Below, piece by piece: positions 14,605-26,886 of a stretch of 64,000 nucleotides of DNA. Numbering within the stretch: position 1 is the stretch's first letter; each line of letters begins with the position of its first letter. The stretch is from contig MU053550.1 of the NCBI GenBank assembly GCA_013239625.1, forward strand, positions 47,976 through 111,975. Reading direction: 5' to 3'. Position numbers and translations under genes: made by a program. Source of the stretch: Lama guanicoe (lineage: Eukaryota). A model generated the notes under the pieces. It saw only the letters and a program-made list of their open reading frames with translations, was not told where the DNA came from and searched no databases.

Positions 14605-16749
14605 GAATGTGTGTGGAAGCCATCCTTCACCAGCACTGCTGGAAACACAGAATTGTCGTGTTGGGGCACTGCCCTACCGATATATATAACAGCAGGAATA
14701 AGCTATAACTAGGTTTCTGAGCGAAAACCCTTTTAGCTTTAAATCTACTCTAGTAAACATGCAGAGAAATCATGGTAAGTGCTTGATATGTAGCCTTGCT
14801 GTTTAGGTGAGATAAAGGAATGCTTCTACACTTGTTCCATTTTGGAAACATATGTGAGTGGAAGCCAATCTTCACCTTGGTTTTTGAGAATCCAGAGTTT
14901 CTGGCCTCGGGGAATTACGGTACTTAAATATATAAGGGGAGGCACAAGCTCCTGGTGGCTTTTCCATTCCAAAGAGCTTTTACTTGAAACCGACTTTCAG
15001 AATAATGCTGAGAAATCAGAGTTAGTGTTTCTATATGTCACTCTGCCTTTTATGCTGGATGAAAGAACTCCACACCACATGCTCAATTTTCAGATATGTA
15101 TGAGTTTGAAAGCCGTCCTTCAACTAGCTAAATGGGAACCCACAGTTTCTGTGGTAGGGAAACTACGCTACATACATATCTATGGGGATGCACTAGTACC
15201 AAAATGGTTTTTCACTGCAAACCGCGTTTACTTGCAACCGGCTCTGAAAAACATACTGAGAAATCAGAGTAAGTGTTTCAGTATGTCACTTAACCTTCAA
15301 TGCTGGATGAAAGAATGCCTCTCCACATGCTCACTTATGACATCTGGATGAGTGTTGGAGACGTCCTTCACTTATAATGTTGGAAAACAAGAGTTTCTGG
15401 TCTAGGGGTACTACGCTGCTTACATATCATAAAGGGAGGCACTCGCTCCAACGCAGTTTTCCACAAAAACAGCTTTTACTTTGAAATCGGCGTTAGTAAA
15501 CTTGCTGAGAAATCAGAGAATGTGTTTCTACATGTCACTCTGCCTTTTATACTGGATGAAAGAACGCCACTCCACATACTCTATTTTCAGATCTGTATAA
15601 GTGTGGAGGCCATCCTACACCAAGCTAGTTGGGAACCCAGAATTTCTGGACTAGGGAAACTACACTGCTTTCATATATATGGCAACGTTCAAGCACCAAC
15701 TCGGTTTTACTATGCAAACCGCTTTTACTTGAAACCGGCTTTGTGAAACATTCTGAGAAATCAGAGTAAATGTTTCTGTATGTCACTTAACCTTCAATGC
15801 TGGATGAAAGAACTCATCTCCACATGCTCACGTCTGACAGCTGAATGTGTGTTGGAACTGTCCTTCACCTAACTTGCAGTAAACCCAGTGTTTCTGGTCT
15901 AGGGGAACTACGCTACCAACATGACTAAGGGGAGGCACTCGCTTCAACGCGGTTTTCCACAGCTAACTACTTTTACTTTGAAACAGGCATTAGTAAACAT
16001 GCTGAGAAATCAGAGAATGTGTTTCTACGTGTCACTCTGCCTTTTATGCTGAGTGAAATAAGGCCTCTCCACATGCTCTATTTTCAAATCTGTATATGTA
16101 TGGAAGCCGTCCTTCACCTAGCTCGTTGGGAACCAACAGTTTTTGGACTAGGGAAATAACGCTGCTTTCATATATATGCGAACGATCTAGCACCAACTCG
16201 CATTGCCACTGCAAAATGTTTTTACTTGAGACGGATTTCAGAAACATGCTAAGAAATCAGAGTGAGTGTTTCAGTATGTCATTTAACCTTCAATGGTGGA
16301 GGAAGGAACGCCTTAAAACATGCTCACTTCTGACATCTAAATGTGAGTTGGAGCCATTCTTCACATAACTTCTTCGAAAACAAGGGTTTCTGGTCTAGGG
16401 GAACTACGCTGCTTACATATCTAAGCAGAGGCTTTCGCTCCAAAGCGGTTTCCCACAGCAAACTGCGCTTCCTTAGAAACTAGCATTAGGAAACTTGCTG
16501 AGAATTCAGAGTGACTATTTCTGTATGTCACTTAAACTTCAATGCTGGATGAAAGAACGCCTCTCCACAAGATCACTTCTGACATTTGAATTTGTGTTGG
16601 AGACGTCCTTCTCCTAACATGTTGGAAAACCAGAGTTTCTGGAATACGGGAACTACCCAATTTACATATCAAAGCGGAGGAACTCGATTCAAAGCAGTTT
16701 ACCAAAGCAAAGTGATTTTTCTTTGAAACCAGCGTTTCACAGTAAACAT
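14605..16749 (-). repeat. ~248-bp satellite, left block (~8.6 monomers), inverted relative to the right block, with A/B alternation
   Basis: Recurring ctggatgaaagaacgcctctccacatgctca is the reverse complement of the right-block motif. gtcact landmarks fall near 15037, 15285, 15534, 15782, 16031, 16278 and 16527. Confidence 0.93.
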
Positions 16750-19700
16750 AAAAGGCAGAGTGAGATATACAAACAAGTTCTCTGATTTCTCAGTATGTTT
16801 CTTAAACCCGGTTTCAAGTAAAAGCGGTTTGCAGTGAAAAACTGAGTTCGTGCTAGTACGTCCCCATATATATGAAAGTAACAAAGTTTACCTTGGACTG
16901 AAAATCTGGGTTTCCAACAAGTTAGGTGAAAGGCGGCTTCCACACTCCTACATTCCTGAAAATTGAGCATGTGGAGAGGTGTTCCTTCATCCAGCACAAA
17001 AGGCAGAGGGACTTCTACACACATATTCTCTGATTTCTGAGCATGTTTCTTACGCCAGTTTCAATGTAAAAGCGGTTTGATCTGGAAAACGAAGTTGGAG
17101 CGAGTGCCCCCCCTTACATATGGAAGTAGCGTAGTTCCCCTATACAAGAAACTCTGGGGTTCCATAGTTTCCATTGGACTGAAACTCTGGATTTCCATAA
17201 AGGTAGGTGAAAGATGGCTTCCGCACTCATTCAGTTCTGAATATTGAGAATGTAGAGAGACATTGTTTGTCTAGCATAATGGAAACTGTTTGCAGTAGAA
17301 ACACCTACACTGGATTCTCAGTATGATTCCTAGTGCTGGTTTGAAGTTCATGCAGTTTTCATTCTTAATCAGAGTTGGAACTAGTACCTCCACATTTATA
17401 CAAATGTAGTGAATTTACCCACTCATAAGAAACTGTGCGTTCCCATCAAGCTAGCTGATTGAAGACTTTCACACACACTAAACTCTCAGAAATGTGCAAA
17501 TGGAGACACGTTTTTTCATCAAGCATAAATCGAATGGTTTCTACTAGAAAGACTTCTACTGGATTTTCAGTATGTTTTCCTCGTGCCGGATTGAAGTTAA
17601 TGAAGTTTTCACTGTAACAGCGAATTGGAGCTTGTACCTCCCATTATATATGTATGTAGTGTAGTTACCCATTGAAAATAAACGTGGTCCCAACAAGTTA
17701 GGTAGTTGATGGCTTGTACAAACATTTATCTTTCAGAATTGTGCTTGTGGTGAGATGTTAGTTCATCTAGCATAAATGGAATGGATTGTAGTAGAAAAAA
17801 ACATTCTGGTTTCGAATTATCTACACCTAGTGCCACTTAGAATGTCAGGAAGTCTTCTCTGTAAAGGCGAGTTGGAGCTAGTAACTCCCCATATATATGT
17901 ATGTAGTGTAGATACCTACTGAAAAGAAAACGTGGTCTCAAAAAGCTAGGTGAAGGAAGGCTTTCACACACACTTATCTCTTAGAAGAGAGCATGTGGAG
18001 AGACATTCGTTCATGTAGCACAAATGGAACGGGTTGCATGACAAACACTTATTCTGGGTTCTCAGTACATTTCCTAGTGCTAGTTTGAAATTCCTGCAGT
18101 TTTCATTGTAAAACCAAGTTCGAGCAAGTACCTACCCATATATATGCATGTGTTTGCAACTGAAAAGAAACTTTGTGTTAGCAACAAGCTAGGTGGACAG
18201 CTTAAACACACATTTATCTCTCAGAACTGAGCATGTGGAGAGACGTTCGTTCATCTAGCATAAAGGGAGAGGGATCCAGGAGAAATAATTCCTCTGGTTT
18301 CTCAGACATTTCCTAGTGCCGGATTGAAGTTCTGGCAGTTGTCACTGTAAAACCGAGTTGGAGCTACTACCTCCCAATATATATGCAAGTAGAGGAGTTT
18401 CCAACTGAAAAGAAACTTTGTGTTCCCAACAAGCAAGGTGAGGACGGCTTTAACACACACATATCTCTGAGAACAGAGCATGTGGAGAGAAAGTCGTTCA
18501 ACTAGCACAAAGGGAACAGGTTTCAGGGGAAACATTTATCCTGGTTTCTCAGTTTGTTTCCTACTGCCGATTTCAAGATGCTGCACTTTTCACTGTAAAA
18601 CCGAGTTGGAGCTAGTACTTGCCCATATATATGAAAGTAGGGGAGTTTCCAACTGAAAAGAAACTTTGTGTTCTGAAAAAGCTAGGTAAAGGACGTCTTA
18701 CACACAAACTATTCTCTCAGAAATGAGCATGTGGAGAGACGTTCTTTCATCTACCAAAAAGGGAACCGGTGGCAAGAGAAATACTTACTCCCTTTTCTCA
18801 ATCTGAATCCTAGTGCAGATTGGGAGTTCCTGCAGTTTTCAATGTAAAATCCAGTTGGAGCTTGTACCTGCCCACATATATGTAAGTAGTGGAGTTAGCA
18901 TCAGAAAAGATACTATGTGTTCCCAAAAAGATAGGTGAAGGAAGGCTTTCACACACACTTATCTGACAGAACTGAGCATGTGGAGAGACGTTCGTTCATC
19001 TAGCACAAAGGGAACGGGTTGCAAGAGAAACCCTTACTCTGGTTTCTCAGTCTGTTTCCTAGTACCGGATAGAAGTTCCTGCTGTTTACACAGTAAAACA
19101 GTGTTGAAGATAGTACCTACTCATATATATGTAGATATTGGTGTTTCCAACTGAAAAGAAAATTTGTGTTCCCTACAAGTTAGGTGAAGGACGGCTTTCA
19201 CACACACATATTTCTCAGAACTGAGCATGTGGAGAGACTTTGGTTCACGTGGCACAAAAGGAATTGGATGCAGGAGAAACATTTAATATGCTTTCTCAGT
19301 CTGTTTCCTAGTGTCGGTTAAAACTTTCTGTAGTTTTCAATGCAAAAAACGGGTTGGAGATAGTACCTACCAAAATATATGTATGTAGTGGAGTTTCCAA
19401 CTGAAAAGCAACTTTGTGTTCCCAACGAGCTAGGTGAAGAACGGTTTCACATACACTTATCTCTCAGAACTGAGCATGTGGAGAGACGTTCATTCTTCTA
19501 GCACAAAGGGAACGTGTTGCAGGAGAAATAATTATTCTGGATTCTGACTATGTTACATGTGCCGGTTTGAAGTTCCTACAGTTTTCACAGTAAACACGAG
19601 TTGGAGTTTGTACCACCCCATATTTATGTATGTAGAGGTGATGGCAACTGAAAAGAAACTTTGTGTTCCCAACAAGCCAGGTGAAGTACAGCTTTCACAA

Positions 19701-22244
19701 ACAATTTTCTCTCAGAACTGAGCATGTGGAGAGATGTTCGTTCATCTAGAACCAAGGGAACGGTTTGCAGGAGAAACTCTTACTATGGTTTCTGAGTCTG
19801 TTTCCTAGTGCCGGTTTGAATTTCCTGCAGTTTTCAGAGTAAAACCGTGTTGCAGCTTGTACCTCCCCATATATATGTGTGCAGTGGAATTTTCAAATGA
19901 AAAGTATCTTTGTGTTCTCAACAAGCTAGCTGAAGGACTGCATTCAAACATAATTACCCTTCATACTGAGCATGTGGAGAGACGTTCGTTCATCAACACA
20001 AAGGGAGGGGTTTGCAGGAGAAACACTAACTCTGGTTTCTCAGTCTGTTTCCTAGTGCCTGTTTGAAGTACCTGCAGTTTTCACTTTAATAACGAGTTGG
20101 AGATTGTACCTCCCCATATATATGTATGTAGTGGAGTTTATATCTGAAAAGAAACTTTGTGTTCCCAGCAAGCTAGGTGAACGACGGCCTTCACACACAA
20201 TAAACTCTCAGACCTGAGCATGTGGAGAGACGTTCGTTCATCTAGCACAAAATGAACAGGATGCAGCAGAAACACATACTCTGGTTTCTCAGTCCGTTTC
20301 CTAGTGCCGATTTGAAGTTCCTGAGCTTTTCAATGAAAAATCGTATTGGAGCTTGAACCTCCCCATATATATGTATGTAGTGGAATTTGAAACTGAAAAG
20401 AAACTTTGTGTTCCCAACAAGCTAGGTGAAGCACGGATTTCACACACACTTATGTCTCAGAACTGAGCATAAGGAGAGACTTCCGTTCATCTAGCACAAA
20501 GGGAACGGGTTGCAGGAGAAACACTTACTCTGGTTTCTCAGTCTGCTTCCTAGTGCCTCTTTGATGTTCCTGCAGTTTTCACTGTAAATGCGAGTTGGAG
20601 GTGTTACCCCCCCATATGTATGTGCGTTGGGTAGTTTCCAACTGAAAAGAAACTTTGTGTTCCGAACAAGCTAGGTGAAGGGCGGCTTCCACACACAGTT
20701 ATCTCTCGGAAATGTGCATGTGGATATACATTCGTTAATCTAGCACAAAGGGAACTGGTTGAAGGGGAAACAGTTACTCTGGTTTCACAGTCTGTTTGCT
20801 AGTGCAGGTTTGAAGTTCCTGCATTTTTCACTGTAATACCTAGTTGCAACTTGTACTTCCCCATATATATGTATGTAGTGGAGTTTGCAAATGAAAAGAA
20901 ACTTTGTGTTCCCAACAAGCTAGGTGAAGGACGGCTTTAACACACACTTATTTCTGAGATCTGAGCATGTGGAGAGATGTACGTTCATCTTGCAAAAAGG
21001 GAACAGGTTACAGGGGAAACACTTACTCTAGTTTCTCAGTCTGTTTCCTAGTGCTGGTTGGAGGTTCCTGCATTTTTCACTATAAAACAGAGTTGGAGCA
21101 TGAACCTCCCCATATATATGTATGTAGTGGAGGTTGCAACTGAAGAGAAACTTTGTGTTCCCAACAAGCTGGGTGAAGGACGGCTTTCACACACACTTAC
21201 CTCTCAGAAATGAGCATGTGGAGAGACGTTCGTTCATCTTGCACAAAGGGAACGGGTTGCAGGGGAAACACTCTGTTTTTCAGTCTGTTTTCTAGTTCCG
21301 GTTTGATGATCCTGCAGTTTTCACTGTTAAACCGAGTTGGAGCTTGTACCTCCCCATATATATGTATGGAGTGGAGGTTGCAACTGAAGAGAAACTTTGT
21401 GTTCCCAACAAGCTGGGTGAAGGACGTTTTTCCACACTCTAATCTCTCAGAACTTAGCATGTTGGGATACGTTCTTTCATCTAGCACAATGGGAAAGGGT
21501 TGCAGTAGAAATACTTACTCTGGTTTCTGTGTCTATTCCCTCGTGCCAGTTTGAAGTTCCTGCAGTTTTCATTGTAAAACCGAGTTGGAGCTTTTGCCTC
21601 CCCATATGTATGTATGTATTGGTGTGTCCAACTGAAAGTAACTTTGTTTTCCCATCAATCTAGTTGATTGATGGCTTAGACACACATTCAACTCTCAGAA
21701 TTGAACATGTGTAGAGGCGTTCATTCATGTAGCATAAATGAATTTTGTAATATTAGAAACACTTACTGCGATTTCTAAGTATGTTTTCTAATGCCGGTTT
21801 GAAGTTCATGCATTTTTCATTGTAAAACCATGTTTGAGCTACTACCTATCCATATATATATATGTAGTTTATTTCCACACTCTAAAGAAAATTTGTGTTC
21901 CTTGCAAGTTATATCATTGACCGATTACACTCAGATTCAACTCTCAGAATTGAGCATGTGGAGACGTGTTCGTTAATGTAGCATAAAGTGTTTGAGGAGC
22001 CATAGAATCACTTAATGTGATTTCTCAGTATTTTTCTAAGTGTCAGTTTCAAGTTCATGCAGTTTCTCTTTTAATCCGGTTTGGAGCTTTTAACTCCCTA
22101 TATATATTTATGTCGTGTATTTTCCCACTGAATAGAAACTGTGTGTTCCCAAGAAGCTAGGTGATTGAGTGCTTTCACACACACTCAACTGTGAGAATGG
22201 AGCATGTTGGGATGCGTTCGTTCATCTAGCATAAATGGAATTTT
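16750..22244 (+). repeat. ~249-bp satellite, right block (~22 monomers)
   Basis: The gcatgtggagagacgttcgttcatctagc landmark (or variant) recurs at 17991, 18231, 18478, 18727, 18976, 19225, 19474, 19722, 19970, 20218, 20467, 20716, 20965, 21214, 21457, 21705, 21954 and 22202. Spacing is mostly 248-249. Confidence 0.97.
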
Positions 22245-22261
22245 AAAGCTATGATCATATC
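22245..22261 (-). pseudogene. ANO6: 17-nt stub of ANO6-like exon ~18 (xMIIAF), truncated at the satellite
   Basis: Minus strand reads ccctttactgtattcctaccaacatag|GATATGATCATAGCTTT followed by satellite. The expected next ANO6 exon begins AMIIAFTSD. The match is short but has the right order, strand and an AG acceptor. Confidence 0.7.
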
Positions 22262-23241
22262 CTATGTTGGTAGGAATACAGTAAAGGGAGCATTAATTTA
22301 GAGCCTGAATATTTATGGTCAGCATACATGACAGAATTTCATTTTCAGCAGTAGATTTCTTTTTTTTAAGGTTCAGAAATCTTAATTCTTTCTTGTATCT
22401 GGTCATAGATATTGAATGTCTTAACGTGTTTGAACAACTGCTTTAAAGTAGAAATGTTACTTTGCTTTTGGTCTTTAACCTAAGGGAATATCCAGAATTC
22501 CAGTGGCAGTTCAAAAGCAAGGGCCTGGACCTTGCCTATTACTTGTTTTAAGTACAGTAATAATAACTGTAGACTAGGGTACTGTGGATAACTGAAGGGC
22601 TGTTTGGATATGTTATATGTAAGTTATATTTTCAAAAATTATAAATATCATGAAAATCAATCAACCTTGGTGATCTATTTGGTATAATTTAATCTTTAAT
22701 AATGTAGATTTTGATATCCCTTTTGTTAATGTAACTGTTATGAAAATAAGTTTTCTTTATATAATTACTTTCTAGATAAATGATGAAATATTGTATTTTT
22801 TATCATTTGCTTCTTAAAAATAGGATATTAATTTCACAGTGTGTATTTTCCTTCAAGTTCATACTTTTTTCCCTAAACTATCTTGACTTGTTTAGGTAAG
22901 TTAACCCATAGTCTGATTTATTTTAAACACTCAGTATTTGCTTCTGTCAGTTGCTTTATTAGAGAGCAAGAATTCCTTATTATTTTTAATAAAATATTCT
23001 TGCAGGAAAATATACTGGGATTCTTTCATTCACAGAGTCAAGCAATTATTCTCTGTTTTGTTAGATCAGGTGTCTAAGCCTCTCAACATCCAAAACATTA
23101 CATGGACAAAGTTAAAAACGCCATAAATGATCGACTAACAAAGTTTATTGTGTTCCTTCATTAAAAGTATAAATATGGGTCAGTCTTAAATTCGGATGTA
23201 AAGCTCTTTATGAATTACATGACTCTTCTCCAAAATTCTTT

Positions 23242-23395
23242 TTTTAAACTTTTTTGTTGATTTATAATCATTTTACAATATTGTGTCAAATTCCAGTGTT
23301 CAGCACAATTTTTCAGTCATTCATGGACATATACACACTCCTTATCACATTTTTTTCTCTGTGAGTTATCAGAACATTTTGTATATATTTCCCTG
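23242..23395 (-). mobile_element. 5'-truncated L1 3' end with 11-bp target-site duplication
   Basis: TSD caaaattcttt at 23231-23241 and 23396-23406. Poly-T then ttttacaatattgtgtcaaattccagtgttcagcaca...atatatttccctg, an antisense L1 3' end. Confidence 0.88.
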
Positions 23396-23569
23396 CAAAA
23401 TTCTTTAGTTTGGGCTTTAAACCCTCCAGTAAAAAACTGGTTTGAAGGAAGAAGAAAGTCGACAATAGATTCAATCCAAATTCTATGGGAATAAACAAAG
23501 CTAAATATTTCAGTCATTTTTTGAAGCAGAACAGATATGTTTTCTGCACCATATGATTTTAATAGTATT

Positions 23570-24207
23570 CATCTGAACATACAGTTTAGACACCATGAGA
23601 CCACAAGCCAACAAATAAGATCTCAGGCAAAGCAAGAAAAACAACTGAAGGGATTTTCTGCTGCAAAATTTCTCCTAGCTAAAACTGTAATCGTGAACAA
23701 ATCTGATGCCATATTGGATCTTTTCCTTTAGTTTGAAGCACGGTGTCCTGTTTTCCAGGCTTAATCTTGCTGGCTCTGCACCTTTAAAAACAACATTGCC
23801 TTTAGCCTAAAACCTACAGGAAAGCCTATTCTCGGGGCTCTGACCTTCAAGGATGTTAGCACTTCTGCACTTACGCAGGGATGGCAAGTTGCAAAATAGA
23901 GAATAGCCTTTGTTTTGTTGGAGGTTTACAGAGACACCACAGCCTGACCCACATGGATGACTGCAGGAACAAAGAATGCCTGCAGCAAGAAGTTTAGTTT
24001 GCACAGCACACCCCCTCCCCTTTTTAGCTTAAAAGGAGCCTGAATTCTGACTTTGGCAAGATGATTCTCCAGGATATTAGTCCCCCATCTTCTTGGTCTG
24101 CCAGCTTTCTGAATAAAGTTACTATTCCTTGCCCCAAAACCTTGTGTCCTAATTTATTTTTTTATCACTGTTGTGCAGCAAGCAGAACAAGTTTGGCCTC
24201 GGTAACA
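23570..24207 (+). mobile_element. Solo ERV LTR
   Basis: gcttaaaaggagcc TATA-like element, aataaag poly-A signal near 24112, terminus ...ctcggtaaca. Left edge uncertain. Confidence 0.65.
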
Positions 24208-25699
24208 GAACCAGCTTTGTCATTCCGTCTGATGTGAAATCTCTCTGGATGTACACGTGCTTGCCTGGTGGTGGTGTTAGTGCTGGTAGGCAAAAATATT
24301 TCACATCTCCTGATTTCAATAGGCTAAAATTTCCTGCTATTTAAGTCAACTCTAGACTTTTACAGAATCACCTGCAGATGTGCTTCTGGAAGCTATAAAA
24401 ATTCCAACAATGAAAATAATTGTACTGTATCCAGACAAGATACTTTTCCTCAAATCTGAGCAGCTCTGAGACACACTTCAGGAGTACAGATAGATGCAGT
24501 GTGCTTCATTTCCTATGTTGTTCTGACACAATTTTCCAGCTATATCAAAGTAAATTAAAATCGGTCTTCAATAGCAGATGCTCTGGCATGATACAACAAT
24601 GTCAATTCCACTTATTTGAGCCAGAGCAGCTTTAGAGTAAATGATTTTATACCAAACGCCTGCTTGATGTCCTCTCTTCTCCCTTGTGGCTAATTCCTTC
24701 TTCTTTCTTCCTAAAAGTTCTCCTGTTATGGAGTTAGCCCTTACTGTGCACATTCAATTGGGAAGGCACAAATTAAATAAATGAGGGGATGACATGCATA
24801 TTTAATTCTTATTTATACATAAATACAAGCACAGAGGACCTGTGTCTTGGAAGACGTCACTTCCTAATGTGGGCAAGAGGATGGTCTATAGTTCAATCAA
24901 TGATCTAAAAGCAGTTTTCTAGGATATAATAAAGCAATGCCTGAGTTATAAGACAGAACAACCCCTGGATATGAATCAGTGGCACCAATCAGTGGGGGCA
25001 CATGTGTGCACACACACGCCCATGCACACGGAGCAGCCTTGGAGACACTCCATCTGTGCTGATGGAGCAGTCATGCTGGGGAGATGAGGAAAAAGTGCCT
25101 AATACAATCAAACCACGACACCTGTGTAATGGGTAATAGGAGTCAATTGAACTTTCTGGTTAGCTGAAGGTCAAACAAAAACAATTTTAGTTTCAAACGT
25201 CATTGCTAAAAATTTTCTTAAAGCACAGGAGCCTGTTTTCCTGCCTTGCGTAGTGTCATATGGCACATTAAACATGACAGATTCACACTTCTCTGACTGT
25301 GGAACAGGAAAGGCCTTGCTGTCATATTTCTGAACATTGGTCTCTGTTTTGCAGCACAGTGGATACTGAAAATGGGGCAATTTGAGTGAATGGGAATGGA
25401 CATAAGCTAGCAGTCAGTGACTGTGTGTGATTTGCCCACTTTCTCCAAAAAGTAGGGGTAGCAAGCAAATCAGATAAATTGAGGGATCTTGGGGTGGGGA
25501 GTCGTGTGGGCTGACAGCTGGGTGGTCCCAGGTAGCTTTTTTACTGTGTAAATTTGTGACTATGATCCAGACAGAGACACAATGTCAAATTCTTGTACCT
25601 GTAGCTTTGATACCTGGCCAAGTCTGTGCAGCCAATTTTATCGATGGTGCATAATGAAGATAACAAACAATCCCTGAGGACCAGGTTGTGTGACTTTCA

Positions 25700-25885
25700 T
25701 GCATTGACTCACTGAATTCCCTAAGTACCCTTTGTGGTACATAGCGGTCTTAAAATATGCAGCAGGCAATTATTCTGTTTGCAGATGATAAAGTGAAGCT
25801 CTGAACTTTTGAAGCCTGGCCTGAAATCATGCAGATGGGAAGACACCATGCTGGGAGCTGAGCTCGGGCCAGGCTACAGAACCTG
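25700..25885 (-). mobile_element. MIR SINE
   Basis: ttgcagatgataaagtgaagctc...gctgggagctgagctcggg. Confidence 0.55.
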
Positions 25886-26886
25886 AAGGGCCCAGCAAGT
25901 CCCCTCACCCATGAACCAGTCCCACAGCCACTGCCAGGCCCTGTTCTTTTTCTGAGTACTCATAAGAAAATGCCAGCGACTCAGGGTCAATGTGACTTGA
26001 TTAAGAAATTCACACTGGGATAGCCTTTTGTTGGGGACTGTAACCTGGGAGTGAAACTGGCAGTGAATTAAAGGAGGAAGCAGCCCTGGTTGTAAGAATA
26101 CTTCTAGGGAAGAAGGTTCCCTGATAGTCTGGCATGGGAATCACTGTGGTTGTGAGCCCCCTGTTGCCCTGTGGGGGTGCGGGCAGGGAAGGAGAGGGAT
26201 TGTTCAGACTGGTCATACTCACTACAGTTTGTAAACAGCTGAGTTCTGTTCCCTCACAGCTCAGACACATGCAGGACATGAGGATGCTTAGCTAATGACG
26301 AACATTGGGTAGCAAAGGCAAAGAGTAGGGTGGGGAGGAGAGATGGGACTACCTTCTGGAAGAAACTCAGCCCCAGGTGACCAGGAAGGTAATGAATGAT
26401 TGCGGATGCACAAAGGGTTTGTATGGCCTCATCAGGTAGTTCCTACTTTAAACTGATAGTCTGGAATATATGGTAAAATACGGTGGAATGACTGCTCTTA
26501 TTTTAGTTTCTACAAACTCTTAAACGGATGGATTTCTATCTCCATTATACAAGCACTGCTGGGTAACCTTTAGAGCCATGTGAGGATCAAACGAGTGAAT
26601 ACTTATTAATATTATTATCATGCTTCTACTGAATTAACACTTCAGCAACAGTATAATGGCCATGCTTCTTAACAACTGCCTCTGTAAGAGTTCTTGTTAG
26701 TCACAAATAATAATTATAAAGAAAATATATTAAAAATAATAACAATTAGAGTTACAACTATGTTGTTTATAACGATGTTAGCATCTCCCTCTCATATTAA
26801 ACAATACCCAACACTGGATTCCTTAGGAAGCAACGCCAACGCATTTTTGGACTCTTCAAGGTCTTCAGCCCATGGAGAATTTTTAC

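Noticed and set aside
18000..21500. Possible CENP-B box in the satellite (ttcgttcatct...aacgggtt; antisense cttgttgggaacac)
   Set aside because: The motif nTTCGnnnnAnnCGGGn is not met. TTCG and CGGG are 20 nt apart instead of 7, and the antisense look-alike lacks both cores.
14605..22244. Regular repeat array read as CRISPR-like or as a repeat-protein gene (ORFs such as 14842-15351, 21210-21554)
   Set aside because: The whole 249-bp unit is repeated, with no unique spacers and no cas-like genes, in a mammalian context. The ORFs are short, occur on both strands and are broken by stops and indels between monomers.
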